Origin: an uncultured cyanobacterium
Lineage (GTDB): Bacteria; Cyanobacteriota; Cyanobacteriia; CAKZMO01
DNA length: 64,000 nucleotides
Assembly: GCA_963719515.1 (NCBI GenBank)
Contig: CAVRCJ010000010.1
Coordinates: forward strand, 384,001 to 448,000
Direction: 5' to 3'
Positions 10,953 through 21,960 of the stretch are shown here, in pieces (position 1 is the stretch's first letter; every line of letters starts with the position of its first letter). A program made the position numbers and the translations under genes. Under the pieces are notes generated by a model. That model worked only from the letters and a program-made list of their open reading frames with translations. It was not told the DNA's origin and did no database searches.

Positions 10953-11687
10953 ATGACCCAACCCGCCATCCAAATCGACCGCCTCTATAAGTCCTTCGGC
11001 GACCTCAAAGTCCTCAAAGAAATCTCCACCGACGTACAGCGGGGGGAAGTAGTCGCCATGATTGGCCCTTCCGGCTCCGGCAAGTCCACCTTCTTGCGCT
11101 GCATCAACCTGCTCGAAACTCCCACCTCCGGCACGGTAAAAATCAACGGTACCGACATCACCCACCGGGACACCGACGTCATGGACATCCGCCAAAACGT
11201 GGGCATGGTGTTTCAGCACTTCAACCTCTTCCCCCACATGACCGTGCTCAAAAACGTGACCTATGCTCCGACGCAGGTCAAAAGCATTAGCAAGTCTGAG
11301 GCCCGTGACATTGGGATGGGGCTGCTCACAAAGGTAGGGCTAGCCGAAAAAGCTGATGTTTACCCCTCCAAACTCTCCGGAGGCCAAAAGCAGCGGGTGG
11401 CGATCGCCCGCGCTCTGGCAATGGAGCCGGATATCATGTTGTTTGATGAGCCCACTTCGGCCTTGGACCCGGAGATGGTGAAGGAAGTGCTAGACGTGAT
11501 GCAGGACTTGGCAGAGAGCGGCATGACCATGGCGATCGTGACCCACGAGATGGGGTTTGCTCGAGAGGTCGCCAACCGAATTTTGTTTTTAGACGGCGGG
11601 CGGCTGGTGGAAGATGCCTCACCAGAGGTGTTTTTTAGCCGCCCCACCAGCGATCGCGCCCGTCAGTTTCTGCAGCAGGTATTATGA
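10953..11687 (+). CDS. Polar amino-acid ABC transporter ATP-binding protein (GlnQ-like)
   Basis: [47 protein letters not shown]. Confidence 0.95.
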   Translation: MTQPAIQIDRLYKSFGDLKVLKEISTDVQRGEVVAMIGPSGSGKSTFLRCINLLETPTSGTVKINGTDITHRDTDVMDIRQNVGMVFQHFNLFPHMTVLKNVTYAPTQVKSISKSEARDIGMGLLTKVGLAEKADVYPSKLSGGQKQRVAIARALAMEPDIMLFDEPTSALDPEMVKEVLDVMQDLAESGMTMAIVTHEMGFAREVANRILFLDGGRLVEDASPEVFFSRPTSDRARQFLQQVL

Positions 11688-12784
11688 GGTGGCTTGGCCT
11701 GATGGGGCTATTGGTGACGATAGCCGGGCTATCCTGTCGCCCAGCCTCCCCTCACCACCTCAAGCGTCTCCCTAGCCCCCTGATCGGGTCGTCTTCCCTG
11801 GCGATTCAGTCCTCCCCCCGTTCCCCAATTTCTGCGTCTCCTATGGATGGTCAGCCCCTCACCTTCGACTACGCCTCTGATTTCTCTGAGGGGCTGGCGG
11901 TGGTGCGCCGGAACGACCGGTTCCAGTTCATCGACCCCAACGGCGCGGTGGCGCTGACGGTGGGGGAAGATTTTGTGGGGGTGTCCCCCTTCACGGGCGA
12001 TCGCGCCCTCGTAAAGACTGAGACGCTGTACGGCTACCTGGGCCGCGCTGGAAACGTGGTGGTGATGCCCCAATACCCCAGCGCCACCCCGTTCTCGGAA
12101 GGGCTAGCGGCAGTGCGCACCGGCACCAAGTACGGCTACATTGACGCGGCGGGGGGCCTAGTCATTGAGCCGCAGTTTGATCTGGCGACGCCCTTCGCCT
12201 CCGGTCTGGCGGCAGTGCGGGAGGGCGATCGCTACGGCTACATCAACGCCAGCGGCCGCTGGGAAATCATGCCCCAGTACGAGGACGTGGGTGGGTTCTC
12301 AGAAGGACTAGCGGCGGTGCGGCAGGGGCAGCGGTGGGGCTATATCGACGCGGACGGAGAGCTGGCCATTGCCCCTCAGTTTGACGGCGCGTTTGAGTTT
12401 TCTGAGTCCCTGGCGCGGGTGCGAAAAGCACAGAGCTGGGGCTACGTCCGTCCGTCTGGGGAGCTGGCCATTGCCCCCGATTACGAATTCGCCTCAGATT
12501 TTTCGGAAGGGCTAGCGGCGGTGATGGTGGAGGGGCGCTGGGGCTACGTGAATCCGGCGGGGGAGCTGGCCATTGCCCCTCAGTTTAGCTATGCGGCTCC
12601 CTTTTCGGAGGGAAGGGCCGTGGTCATTGTTGAGAGGCAGTACGGCTACATCGATGCCTCCGGGGCGGTGGCGATCGCGACCCAGTTTAGCAATGCGGGG
12701 TCGTTCTCGGAAGGGCTGGCCTGGGTGGAAACCGACGGGCGACGTCAATATGTCAATGCGCAGGGCCAACCCATGGCGCGCTGA
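11684..12784 (+). CDS. WG-repeat (KWG-type) secreted protein or lipoprotein
   Basis: About 9 repeats of FSEGLAAV....WGYID..G...I.PQF; N-terminal hydrophobic segment ending LSC. Confidence 0.88.
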   Translation: MRWLGLMGLLVTIAGLSCRPASPHHLKRLPSPLIGSSSLAIQSSPRSPISASPMDGQPLTFDYASDFSEGLAVVRRNDRFQFIDPNGAVALTVGEDFVGVSPFTGDRALVKTETLYGYLGRAGNVVVMPQYPSATPFSEGLAAVRTGTKYGYIDAAGGLVIEPQFDLATPFASGLAAVREGDRYGYINASGRWEIMPQYEDVGGFSEGLAAVRQGQRWGYIDADGELAIAPQFDGAFEFSESLARVRKAQSWGYVRPSGELAIAPDYEFASDFSEGLAAVMVEGRWGYVNPAGELAIAPQFSYAAPFSEGRAVVIVERQYGYIDASGAVAIATQFSNAGSFSEGLAWVETDGRRQYVNAQGQPMAR

Positions 12785-12795
12785 TGCCTGCAGAC

Positions 12796-13977
12796 CTAGC
12801 GTTTTCTACGCCGTTTGGTCGCATCTGCGCGAATCATCGAATAATTCTCAAACCAGCCGCGATACCAAAAGAAGGCCACCAAAGCTAGAGCGATCGCCGC
12901 CATTACCAGCAGCGCCATGGGATAGCCGTACGGCCAGTTCAGCTCCGGCATGTTCCACCGGGAGGCATCAGTATCGAAGTTCATGCCGTAAAGGCTCGTA
13001 ATGAAGGTCAACGGAATAAAAATGCCTGACACCACCGTCAGCAGCTTCATCACCTCATTCATGCGGTTGCTCACCGACGAGAGGTATACCTCCATGAGGT
13101 TAGCGGCTAGCTCCCGGTAGGAATCCACCATGTCCATCGCCTGGGCCGCATGGTCGTAGCAGTCCCGCAGGTAGGCGCGCACGTCTTCGCTAATCAGATC
13201 GCCGCCGTCCCGCATCAGCAGATGAATGGCGTCTCGCTGGGGCCAAATAGCGCGGCGTAGGGCCAGCAGCTCCCGCTTGATGGCGTAGATTTCTTCCACC
13301 GTCTGGCGGGTGGGGCTGAGCACCACATGGTCCTCCAGGTCCTCCAGCCGCTCACCGTAGTCTTCTAGCACCGGAAAAAAGCCGTCCACGATGGTATCTA
13401 GCAGGGTATAGGCAAGGTAGTCGGCACCGCGCCGCCGCACTTCCCCCCGGTCAAAGCGAATGCGATCGCGCACGGGCTGAAAGGTGTCGTGCCTGGGCTC
13501 TTCCTGTACGGTCAGCAGGTAGTTAGGGCCTAAAATAAAGCTCACCTGCTCGCTAATAAATCCCTTTTCGTCGTTTGTCGGAATAACCATTCGGGAGATA
13601 ATCAGCAGCTGGTCGGGATACTCCTCAATTTTGGGCCGCTGGGGCACGTTGACCACATCTTCTAAGACCAGCGGGTGCAGCTTGAACAGCGTCCCCAGCC
13701 GCTTCAAGACGTCCTCGCTGCCCAAGCCGTGGACGTCTACCCAAGACACCGTTTCTTGGTCGAGGTGCTCGCGGCACAGCTCCGGCTCCTCTAGGACTTT
13801 CCGCTGGGCCTGCCCCGCATTGTAGTCAATGAGCGTGATCTTAGGAAACGGGGAATCAGGAGGGATGTCCAGCGTTCCCGGCAGACTTCCAGGCTTGTCA
13901 AAAAAGTAGTCGTCGAGGTAAGACCGATCGGTCTCATCGTCACTCGCGCCGGGTAATTGCCAGGGCAAATCAGTCAT
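12796..13977 (-). CDS. corA: Magnesium/cobalt transporter CorA
   Basis: HPLVLEDV, QRPKIEEY, NRMNEVMKLLT, YGMNF, MPEL; frame open up to 14046. Confidence 0.95.
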   Translation of the reverse strand: MTDLPWQLPGASDDETDRSYLDDYFFDKPGSLPGTLDIPPDSPFPKITLIDYNAGQAQRKVLEEPELCREHLDQETVSWVDVHGLGSEDVLKRLGTLFKLHPLVLEDVVNVPQRPKIEEYPDQLLIISRMVIPTNDEKGFISEQVSFILGPNYLLTVQEEPRHDTFQPVRDRIRFDRGEVRRRGADYLAYTLLDTIVDGFFPVLEDYGERLEDLEDHVVLSPTRQTVEEIYAIKRELLALRRAIWPQRDAIHLLMRDGGDLISEDVRAYLRDCYDHAAQAMDMVDSYRELAANLMEVYLSSVSNRMNEVMKLLTVVSGIFIPLTFITSLYGMNFDTDASRWNMPELNWPYGYPMALLVMAAIALALVAFFWYRGWFENYSMIRADATKRRRKR

Positions 13978-14186
13978 ATAGCAATCTCGAAGAATTTGTG
14001 AGAGGAGAGGCAAATTGCGGAGACTTTCCTCTGCTGTAGGAGTCACGAGCGATTGGGTATCGCCATAGCATAGGCTGAGAAGGCATTGAGTGACGCTAAG
14101 GGCAACTCCGCTGAGCGGGTCAAGTGCCGCTATTGTAACGGAACGTTTTTAAGCGCGCGATCGCCCCCACAATGAGCTAATTTTTT

Positions 14187-14200
14187 AGTACAATTGACCT
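14187..14200 (+). promoter_or_regulatory. Possible degenerate LexA box upstream of recA
   Basis: AGTACAATTGACCT versus the cyanobacterial consensus RGTAC-N3-DGTWCB; right half imperfect; overlaps a TACAAT -10-like hexamer. Confidence 0.4.
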
Positions 14201-14475
14201 ACGTAAACTAACTCAGTTTGCATAATCCTATGCTGTATTAAGCTGTGACTGCTGACCTGTAACTTTTGAGTTACTCTTGAGCGGTCGCTCCGCTGTATCG
14301 TACTTTTTTCACGTCTTGCCCCTTATCGATGGAACTACACCCCCCCCTCCTAATCTCTATAGGGCCGGTGGACGTATAGCGTTCTGCTGCATCCGTCCCG
14401 ATGAAACCGTAATCATTACCTTGACTAATCTCGAAGCATTCACTATTGGTGTCATAGGCACCTACTGAGGCAAGC

Positions 14476-15690
14476 ATGGCTAAAGCGACAAACGACAACA
14501 ATTCTGAAAAGCAAAAGGCACTGGACCTAGTCCTAAACCAAATCGACCGCAACTTCGGCAAAGGCACGATTATGCGCCTAGGCGATGCGAGCCGTATGAG
14601 GGTAGAGACTATACCCACCGGGGCGCTGACCCTGGATTTGGCTTTGGGGGGCGGCCTGCCCAAAGGGCGAGTGATTGAGATCTACGGCCCCGAGAGCTCA
14701 GGCAAAACTACCGTAGCGCTGCACGCCCTAGCAGAGGTTCAAAAAGCCGGTGGGATTGCCGCCTTCGTGGACGCTGAGCACGCCCTAGACCCCTACTACG
14801 CCGCCAATCTAGGGGTCGATATTGAGAACCTGCTGGTGTCCCAACCCGACACCGGGGAAGCGGCTCTAGAGATTGTAGATCAGCTGATTCGCTCTAATGC
14901 CATTGACGTCGTGGTAGTCGATTCGGTGGCGGCGCTGGTGCCCCGCGCAGAGATCGAGGGGGAGATGGGCGACACTCATGTGGGCCTACAGGCGCGCTTG
15001 ATGAGTCAAGCGCTAAGAAAGATTACGGGCAACATCGGCAAAACGGGCTGCAGCGTCATCTTCCTCAACCAGCTGCGCCAAAAGATTGGCATCTCCTACG
15101 GCAACCCCGAAACGACCACAGGCGGCAACGCTCTCAAGTTCTACGCCTCTGTTCGCCTCGATATCCGCCGTATCCAGACCCTGAAGCGGGGGACGGAAGA
15201 GTATGGAATTCGGGCCAAGATGAAAGTCGCCAAAAATAAAGTTGCACCGCCGTTCCGCATCGCCGAGTTCGACGTCATTTTCGGTAAGGGCATTTCGTCC
15301 ATGGGCTGCGTGCTCGACCTCGCGGAAGAGACCAACGTCATCACCCGGCGCGGCGCGTGGTACAGCTACAACGGCGACAATCTAGCCCAGGGCCGCGACA
15401 ACACGGTCAAGTACTTAGAGGAGAATCTCGAATTCGCTCAAGATATCGAGCGACAGGTGCGCGAAAAGCTGGAGCTAGGAGTTCAGGTATCTGCGACTTC
15501 CGTGGTGCCGCCTGAGGCCAGCGGTGATGACGAGGCGATCGCCAACGGCAACGGGCTCGGTAACGGGGCCGCTGCCGCTGATGTCGCCGATACATCCCCC
15601 CAAGAGGAGATGACTGAAACCTCTGACGCCGCTCCTGAAGAAGCGACGGCGGGCGCTAAGCGGGGACGCCGCAAGTCTTCCAAAGCATAG
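14476..15690 (+). CDS. recA: Recombinase RecA with long acidic/basic C-terminal tail
   Basis: [51 protein letters not shown]. Confidence 0.99.
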   Translation: MAKATNDNNSEKQKALDLVLNQIDRNFGKGTIMRLGDASRMRVETIPTGALTLDLALGGGLPKGRVIEIYGPESSGKTTVALHALAEVQKAGGIAAFVDAEHALDPYYAANLGVDIENLLVSQPDTGEAALEIVDQLIRSNAIDVVVVDSVAALVPRAEIEGEMGDTHVGLQARLMSQALRKITGNIGKTGCSVIFLNQLRQKIGISYGNPETTTGGNALKFYASVRLDIRRIQTLKRGTEEYGIRAKMKVAKNKVAPPFRIAEFDVIFGKGISSMGCVLDLAEETNVITRRGAWYSYNGDNLAQGRDNTVKYLEENLEFAQDIERQVREKLELGVQVSATSVVPPEASGDDEAIANGNGLGNGAAAADVADTSPQEEMTETSDAAPEEATAGAKRGRRKSSKA

Positions 15691-15747
15691 CGGTTTGCCC
15701 TGAGCCGAGGCGGCAAGACCGGTCAAATTTAGGTTTCCACAACCTTT

Positions 15748-15776
15748 GGGAAAGGCCGCACCGTGCGGCCTTTCCC
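15748..15776. terminator. Hairpin between convergent recA and the DRTGG gene
   Basis: gggaaaggccgca-ccg-tgcggcctttccc perfect 13-bp stem. Confidence 0.75.
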
Positions 15777-15841
15777 TGTAGCTGGGCAACCTTCTAGCCT
15801 TTGCTAAAGCCCCATCGCCGCCCTAGAGGCTGCCCTGAAGG

Positions 15842-16921
15842 CTATACCGCCGCTGCCGTACCCAAGCCCAACTGTTCGAGCAGACGCGATGTGTCGAGCG
15901 CGGTCGCAGCGATCTCTTGAATGCACTGCACCTTGACGGCTTCGTGCAGCCGCACCTGGCCGAAGGCCTTTTCGATAATCTCAACTGTCGTCAGAGTATC
16001 TAGGTCTACCGCCAAGATAGGCACCTCTAGATCCTCTGCTCGGTGTAGCACCTCCTGGGTCGGCGCAATATGTCCTGTCAGAATCAGACAGTGAGTTGAG
16101 GTCTCTAGGGCCGCGAGCTGCAGATCCGTGCGATCGCCTCCGGTGACCACCGCCATATGGTGCGCCTTACGAAAATACTTGAGGGCCGAGTTGACGTTCA
16201 TCGCCCCAATCTTGAGGGTTTCGACCATTAGATTGAGCCGGTCTGAGCGGCATAGCACCTCGGCTTTGAGCTGATGCACCAGTTCCCTAACGCTGACACT
16301 GAGCAAAAGATCGCTGTGGGGCAGAACGCCGTAGACCGGAATCCCCTTGGCCTCTAGGAAAGGTCGAACGACCTCGGTGACGTGGACCGTATCATCGGCC
16401 GGCACGTCGTTAATCACCACCCCACAGAGGCGATCGCCCAGCTGCAGGGCAGCCGACAGGATGAGGTCCACCAGTGCAACCGCCTCGTATCGAATTACGA
16501 GCAGCACCTTAGCGTCTAGGGCCTGAGCCATGTGCTCAACCGACAGGTCAAAGAGCTTGCCGTCTCGCAGCGTTCCCGGCCCTTCTAGCAAAACGAGGTC
16601 GCTGCTAGCCTGATATTGGCGCAGCTGGGCCTGATAGTCTTGCGAATCGTGACCTGACATCCGCCGCTGAATCGTTTCAGGAGTAAGCGATAAAATTGTA
16701 GGCGGCTGCCGTGATGGCTCTAGGTTCAGCGTTTCTGAAATGAACTGGCTATCTTCAATTCGGTTGGTATCGTTGGCTTCTGCGCTGAGCGGCTTACCGT
16801 AAGCGATGGTCAAACCTGCTGCTTGAGCCTGAAATGCAACGCCGAGAACGACTGCTGATTTACCGCTGTAGTCTTTTGGAGACCCTACGACCAGGTACTT
16901 TGCGGACTTCACCATGCGCAA
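15842..16921 (-). CDS. Phosphotransacetylase-family (BioD-like N-terminus + DRTGG) protein
   Basis: YSGKS, YGKP, LLEGPG, IGAMNVNSAL, VVTGGDRTD, CLILTG. Confidence 0.88.
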   Translation of the reverse strand: MRMVKSAKYLVVGSPKDYSGKSAVVLGVAFQAQAAGLTIAYGKPLSAEANDTNRIEDSQFISETLNLEPSRQPPTILSLTPETIQRRMSGHDSQDYQAQLRQYQASSDLVLLEGPGTLRDGKLFDLSVEHMAQALDAKVLLVIRYEAVALVDLILSAALQLGDRLCGVVINDVPADDTVHVTEVVRPFLEAKGIPVYGVLPHSDLLLSVSVRELVHQLKAEVLCRSDRLNLMVETLKIGAMNVNSALKYFRKAHHMAVVTGGDRTDLQLAALETSTHCLILTGHIAPTQEVLHRAEDLEVPILAVDLDTLTTVEIIEKAFGQVRLHEAVKVQCIQEIAATALDTSRLLEQLGLGTAAAV

Positions 16922-17193
16922 CTCCCTCTATATGTGATTATTTGGCGCGAATAGCTCGACCATAGATATGAGCACTTGATAGGTACGAATACTTGGCCGC
17001 CTTGATTCCCCATTGTATGGGAGTGTCTACGGCGATGCTTGGAAACCTGGCGAAACAAGTAAAGCGGCCTTGCGCAGCTTATCCTAGAGTTCTACCGCCG
17101 CAGATAGGCCTCGAAGATAGAATTCGCTATGATATTTAACTCCGCTGCTGACAGCTGTGCCCGTGGCGTGACCCCAGAGATGAGTCTGTTGCT

Positions 17194-17598
17194 ATGCCTT
17201 CACTCTATGCCCATAGCGGCCAGGCGATTGGTCTGCACTGTATTCTCGAGCTACAGGGCTGCCCCGTAGCGTTGCTGAACGACAAAGATTTTGTTTGCCA
17301 AAGCCTGAGAGAGGCGGCACGCAAAGCCAACTCCACCCTCCTAAATGAGATTTGCCACTGCTTTGAACCTCAAGGAATTACGGCGCTGGCGCTATTGGCC
17401 GAGTCCCATATCTCGATTCACACTTGGCCAGAGGCAGGGTACGCGGCGGTAGATGTATTCACCTGCGGCCAGAACACGACGCCCCGGCCAGCGTGCCAAT
17501 ATTTGGTTCAGGCGCTGCAGGCTACCCACCACACCCTGCAGATCATCGACAGAGGCTCCGGTATTCCAGCGACGGCCGCGCCTAACAAAATATCATGA
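17194..17598 (+). CDS. speD: S-adenosylmethionine decarboxylase proenzyme
   Basis: FEPQGITA, LAE|SHISIHTWPE self-cleavage motif, DVFTCG. Confidence 0.92.
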   Translation: MPSLYAHSGQAIGLHCILELQGCPVALLNDKDFVCQSLREAARKANSTLLNEICHCFEPQGITALALLAESHISIHTWPEAGYAAVDVFTCGQNTTPRPACQYLVQALQATHHTLQIIDRGSGIPATAAPNKIS

Positions 17599-18593
17599 CC
17601 GGCATCCCCCTTGAGGCCAACTTTTGGCTGAGTGAATACATCACGCCGTGGGATCTCTACGCTCACGGCATCACCCGCGTCTTCGTTCAGAAAAAAACTG
17701 AGTTTCAAGACATGGCGATCGTGGAATCAGGCGCTTATGGAAAAGCGCTGGTTCTCGATGGGAAATGGCAATCCTGCACGGGGGATGAGTTTTTGTATCA
17801 CGAGGGGCTCGTCCATCCGGCGATGGTGATGCAGACGAGACTAGCGTCGGGCAATGGTACGCAACGTGGGCCTCGCCGGGTGCTGGTGCTGGGTGGGGGG
17901 GAAGGGGCCACCCTGCGGGAGGTCCTGCGCTGGCGAAGCGTGGAGCAGGTGGTAATGGTGGATATTGACGGTGAGGTGGTGAACTGCTGTCGGGAATACC
18001 TGCCGGAGATGCATCAGGGGGCGTTCGAAGATGTCCGCACAACGGTAGTCATTGAGGATGCGATCGCCTTTGTAGACCGGTGGATAACGGCCATGGCCGA
18101 TGACGGGGCACCCCCGTGGGACGTGATTATCTCTGACCTCAGCGACCCCATCGAGTCAGGGCCCGCGTTTCCGCTATTTACGCAAGAGCATTTTCACAAT
18201 CTGCGGCAGATTGTTTCCCCTGTAGGGGTTTTGGCGCTGCAGGCTGGTCCCACGGCCCCCCCAGAGCTGCATCTGCATACCCGTCTCGCCCACACCGTTA
18301 GCACGGTGTTTTCTGCCGTGCAGTCCTATACCTGCTACGCCATGAGCTTCGGCTCGCCGCTGGGGTTCCTCTTGGCGTCAATGCAGCCGCTGCCGACGCG
18401 GCTGGAGCCGACAGCTGTGGATGCGCTGTTGGCGGGAGTCACCGGGGAGCTTCGGGCCGTGGACGGGGAGGCTCTGCTGGGGATGCTCAATATCCCTCGT
18501 CACCTGCGGCAGGCGATCGCAGCGGAGACGCAGGTATATACCATGAGCGCGCCGCCCCAGCCGCTAGGCCGGGGCTCCATGAATATCCGCTGA
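17595..18593 (+). CDS. speE: Polyamine aminopropyltransferase (SpeE/ACL5-like)
   Basis: LVLDGKWQS, DEFLYHEGLVHP, LGGGEGATLRE, VDIDGEVV, DLSDP; overlaps the speD stop (ATGA). Confidence 0.88.
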   Translation: MTGIPLEANFWLSEYITPWDLYAHGITRVFVQKKTEFQDMAIVESGAYGKALVLDGKWQSCTGDEFLYHEGLVHPAMVMQTRLASGNGTQRGPRRVLVLGGGEGATLREVLRWRSVEQVVMVDIDGEVVNCCREYLPEMHQGAFEDVRTTVVIEDAIAFVDRWITAMADDGAPPWDVIISDLSDPIESGPAFPLFTQEHFHNLRQIVSPVGVLALQAGPTAPPELHLHTRLAHTVSTVFSAVQSYTCYAMSFGSPLGFLLASMQPLPTRLEPTAVDALLAGVTGELRAVDGEALLGMLNIPRHLRQAIAAETQVYTMSAPPQPLGRGSMNIR

Positions 18594-18659
18594 TTCCCCG
18601 ACAGCACGGTTGAGGATGGTTTAAGCCCTAAGTTCGCACACCTTCAAACGGAGACCGCC

Positions 18660-19040
18660 ATGGCGATTCAGACAACCCAGATGCTCCACACCGCGCTGCT
18701 AATTAGCGACCTCGAACGCGCCGAGGCGTTCTACGAGAGTGTCCTTAGCCTGGCTAAAATCGAGCGTTCCCTGTCCTATGCGGGAGCCTGGTACGCCGTG
18801 GGAGACTCCCAGCTGCACCTGATCGTTGCCGAGACCCTGGCACCCCAAGAGGCTCACCCGAAGTGGGGCCGACGCCCGCATTTAGCGATCGCCATTCCCG
18901 ACCTCGATGCGGCGATCGCCCACCTCAATGCGGCCCACTGCCCGCTGCAGATGAGTGCCTCAGGGCGGCGGGCGCTGTTTGTACAGGACCCGGACGGCAA
19001 TATCATCGAGCTGACGGAGCAGCTCTCAGCAGCGTCTTAG
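18660..19040 (+). CDS. VOC/glyoxalase family protein
   Basis: HTALLISDLERAEAFY, LHLI, HLAI, QDPDGNIIEL. Confidence 0.88.
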   Translation: MAIQTTQMLHTALLISDLERAEAFYESVLSLAKIERSLSYAGAWYAVGDSQLHLIVAETLAPQEAHPKWGRRPHLAIAIPDLDAAIAHLNAAHCPLQMSASGRRALFVQDPDGNIIELTEQLSAAS

Positions 19041-19042
19041 GT

Positions 19043-19705
19043 CTAGCGCTTTAGCGCCAGGGTCAGTCCGTCGGCGATGGGCAGCAGGCAGGGAAAAACC
19101 CGCTCGTCGCCGTGAATCTTATCGTTGAGGGCGCGGATAATTGAGGTGCGCCTGTCTTGCACGGTGGAGTCCGCGACCCGCCCCGACCAAAGCACATTGT
19201 CGATCGCAATTAAGCCTCCCGGCCTGACGAGCTGTAGCGATCGCTCGTAGTAGGCGTCGTAGTTCGACTTATCAGCGTCGATAAAGGCGGCGTCGAAGGC
19301 GTTGGCTTGGCCTTCAGAGAGCAGGCGATCGAGGGTATCAAGCGCGGGGGCGACGTGCAGGGTGATTTTGTCGGTGACCCCGGCCTGCTGCCAGTAGCGG
19401 CGGGCGATGGCGGTATACTCCTCGCTGACATCGCAGGCCACCAGCTTCCCGTGATCCGGCAGCGCTAGGGCGATCGCGGTAGAACTGTACCCCGTAAACA
19501 CCCCCACTTCTAAAACCTTTACCGCTCCCATCAGCTTTAGCAACAGCTGCAGCAGCTGCCCTTGGTCAGGCGCTACCTGCATTTGGGCCATGGGGTGCTG
19601 AGCCGTCTCATGGCGCAGCTGGGTGAGCACCGGGGGCTCTCTCAGCGAGGTCGACAGCAGATACCGGTAGAGGTCGTCGGTTAGGGGCAAGATGCGGTTT
19701 GACAT
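19043..19705 (-). CDS. Class I SAM-dependent O-methyltransferase (caffeoyl-CoA OMT-like)
   Basis: LEVGVFTGYS, FIDADKSNY, IDNVLWSG, DGLTL. Confidence 0.92.
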   Translation of the reverse strand: MSNRILPLTDDLYRYLLSTSLREPPVLTQLRHETAQHPMAQMQVAPDQGQLLQLLLKLMGAVKVLEVGVFTGYSSTAIALALPDHGKLVACDVSEEYTAIARRYWQQAGVTDKITLHVAPALDTLDRLLSEGQANAFDAAFIDADKSNYDAYYERSLQLVRPGGLIAIDNVLWSGRVADSTVQDRRTSIIRALNDKIHGDERVFPCLLPIADGLTLALKR

Positions 19706-19724
19706 GGGTTACGCCGGGTTGGCG

Positions 19725-20060
19725 CTACTCCTGAAGGGATAGGGTGTCGAGCTGCTGCTCAAAGGCCTGGCGATCGCTGTAAATTCTAAATTTTTCTAGC
19801 ATGCCGGCTCGGTCTAAGCAGGTGCGAATCGGCGGCGTTAGCGAACAGAGCATCAGCGTTTTACCGACGCGGCGGGCCCGGTTACGGGCAATCATCAGCG
19901 TCCCTAGCCCGCTGCTGCCCATCTCCTGGATGTTTTGTAGGTCAATCAGCAAGTACTCTGCCCCCGTCTTTAGGCGGCTATCCACCCAGTCTAGGAGGCC
20001 CGGCGCTTCATCGGTACCAAGGGCGGTATATGCAGGTGCAAAAACGTAGGCAGTCGTCAT
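19725..20060 (-). CDS. STAS-domain anti-sigma-factor antagonist
   Basis: LLIDLQNIQEMGSSGLGTL. Confidence 0.8.
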   Translation of the reverse strand: MTTAYVFAPAYTALGTDEAPGLLDWVDSRLKTGAEYLLIDLQNIQEMGSSGLGTLMIARNRARRVGKTLMLCSLTPPIRTCLDRAGMLEKFRIYSDRQAFEQQLDTLSLQE

Positions 20061-20167
20061 AGTTAAAAAAATCTGCTCTTCTATTGTTTCTGGCGACAGA
20101 CTGCTGCTCAGGAGGCTTTTCAGCTTAACAGGGGAAATAGAGCGCCTAGCCTAGCGATCGCGTCACC

Positions 20168-20635
20168 CTAGCTCAGGCGAGCAGTGCATTCCAAAATAAG
20201 CCGCTGATTGATAATGGCGTAAGGCTGAATTGCTAGGGCTTGCTTAAAGGTGTGGATTGCATCTTGGTACTGCCCGAGCGCGGCGTAGCAGAGGCCCAAG
20301 CCATGAAGCGCACCGAAGTGAAACGGCACCTGGTCGATGACCCGCTTGCAGTCGGCGATCGCCTTTCGATAGTCCTGACGCATGTAGTAGAGCACGGCCC
20401 GGCGGTTCCACGCCTCGGTAAAGTCAGGCTGGATCTCAATTAAATCGCTCAAGTAGCGCTCGGCTTCGTCTAAACGGCCGGCGTCGAGGGCGGTTTGGCT
20501 GCGCCGCAAACTTTCCAAACCGATTACCCCTTTTTGGTAAAACCAGGTTTGCCAAAGCTGCTGCGTAGCCTCGTCCCGAATGGCTTTGTCCGGGTGTTTG
20601 AGATCGATCAACGCCTTACTGACCTGTTCGTTCAT
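20168..20635 (-). CDS. TPR-repeat protein
   Basis: PDFTEAWNRRAVLYY, PFHFGALHGLGLCY. Confidence 0.85.
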   Translation of the reverse strand: MNEQVSKALIDLKHPDKAIRDEATQQLWQTWFYQKGVIGLESLRRSQTALDAGRLDEAERYLSDLIEIQPDFTEAWNRRAVLYYMRQDYRKAIADCKRVIDQVPFHFGALHGLGLCYAALGQYQDAIHTFKQALAIQPYAIINQRLILECTARLS

Positions 20636-20896
20636 GGGAATAACCTCAACCGCGATAAACCACCGGAGCCCGAGATGCTAGCGTTCAGGGCAAGGGGAGG
20701 CCAGAACATCAGCTTCTAAGACGTTGGGGTCTGTATTCATTAAAACATTTGTGCTGAACCACCCGTTGCAATACGCAAATGCGCCCAGCGTTCTTCCTGT
20801 AGAAGCGCCTTACGAACATCCTAATTGAATAGCGCCCGGGCCCCGCCGAGCTGCTCTCTGCCTGCACGCTCAATTCTTTCAGTCAGCTCTGCTCGG

Positions 20897-21802
20897 CTAT
20901 AGGTTCCAATCCTGCTGACGGCTAAAGCGGTCTTGCAAAAAGTCAACCAACAGTCTGACTTTTGTCGATAAGTGGCGATTCACGGGATAAATTGCAGCAA
21001 TAGAGAGGTCTGACGGCTGATAGTCGGGCAGCACAACGCTTAACGCTCCCCGCTGTAGGGCTTGACCTGCAATAAACAGCGGCAATAGAGCAATGCCTAA
21101 GCCACGAACCGCCGCATCTCGCAGAACTTCCCCATTGTTAGAGCAGAGTACCCCATTCACGGCGATCGCCCGTTTCCCATTGGGGCCATTTAGCGTCCAT
21201 TCGTCTTCAACCACTAGCTGACCATAATGCAGGCAAGAATGGTGGCGCAATTCGCCAGGATCCACTGGCGTTCCGTGGGTTTCCAAGTAGCTAGGAGCAG
21301 CATAGAGCGATCGCTGAACAGGTGCTAGGGGGTGTGAAACCAAGCTAGCGCTGACCTGAGGCTCAGCAATGCGCACCGTCAGGTCAAATCCTTCCTCAAT
21401 GGGGTCAACGAAGCGATCGTTGAGCGTTAGCTGCAGCTGCAGCGCCGGGTATTGACTCAAGAAGTCGGTCAATGCGGACCCTAGGTGCAGCGTCCCAAAG
21501 GTCATAGGCGCATTGACCTTCAGCCTCCCCCTCGGCTCGTCTTGAGCCCGAATAACCGACTGTTCTGCCTCTGATAAGCGCTCTAGGATTTCTAGGCAGC
21601 GCTCGTTAAAGGCAAGCCCCGTGTCGGTTGGCGTGACGACGCGCGTGCTGCGGTGCAGCAGCTGCACCCCCAGGTCATTTTCTAAAGCAATCACGAGCTT
21701 GTTGACCTGCGATCGCGACATCCCCATCTTTCGGGCGGCAGCGGCGAAGCCCCCCGCTTCGACGACTTGAGTAAAGGCCCGCAGGCTCTCGAATTTGTCC
21801 AT
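20897..21802 (-). CDS. LysR-family transcriptional regulator (CrgA-like), divergent from pirin
   Basis: [11 protein letters not shown]...[30 protein letters not shown]. Confidence 0.93.
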   Translation of the reverse strand: MDKFESLRAFTQVVEAGGFAAAARKMGMSRSQVNKLVIALENDLGVQLLHRSTRVVTPTDTGLAFNERCLEILERLSEAEQSVIRAQDEPRGRLKVNAPMTFGTLHLGSALTDFLSQYPALQLQLTLNDRFVDPIEEGFDLTVRIAEPQVSASLVSHPLAPVQRSLYAAPSYLETHGTPVDPGELRHHSCLHYGQLVVEDEWTLNGPNGKRAIAVNGVLCSNNGEVLRDAAVRGLGIALLPLFIAGQALQRGALSVVLPDYQPSDLSIAAIYPVNRHLSTKVRLLVDFLQDRFSRQQDWNL

Positions 21803-21960
21803 AACGGCGTTACTGTATTCAAATTGGATACAATGCGTCTATAAAATAGCATATTGTCTTTTCTTTAGAACCAGTCCATAATTGTAATGTATTCAAAAGA
21901 GCGTGCAGGAAAAAGCCTAAGTTTTCCCACGCTTATTCTCATCAACTGGAGGCTATTGCA

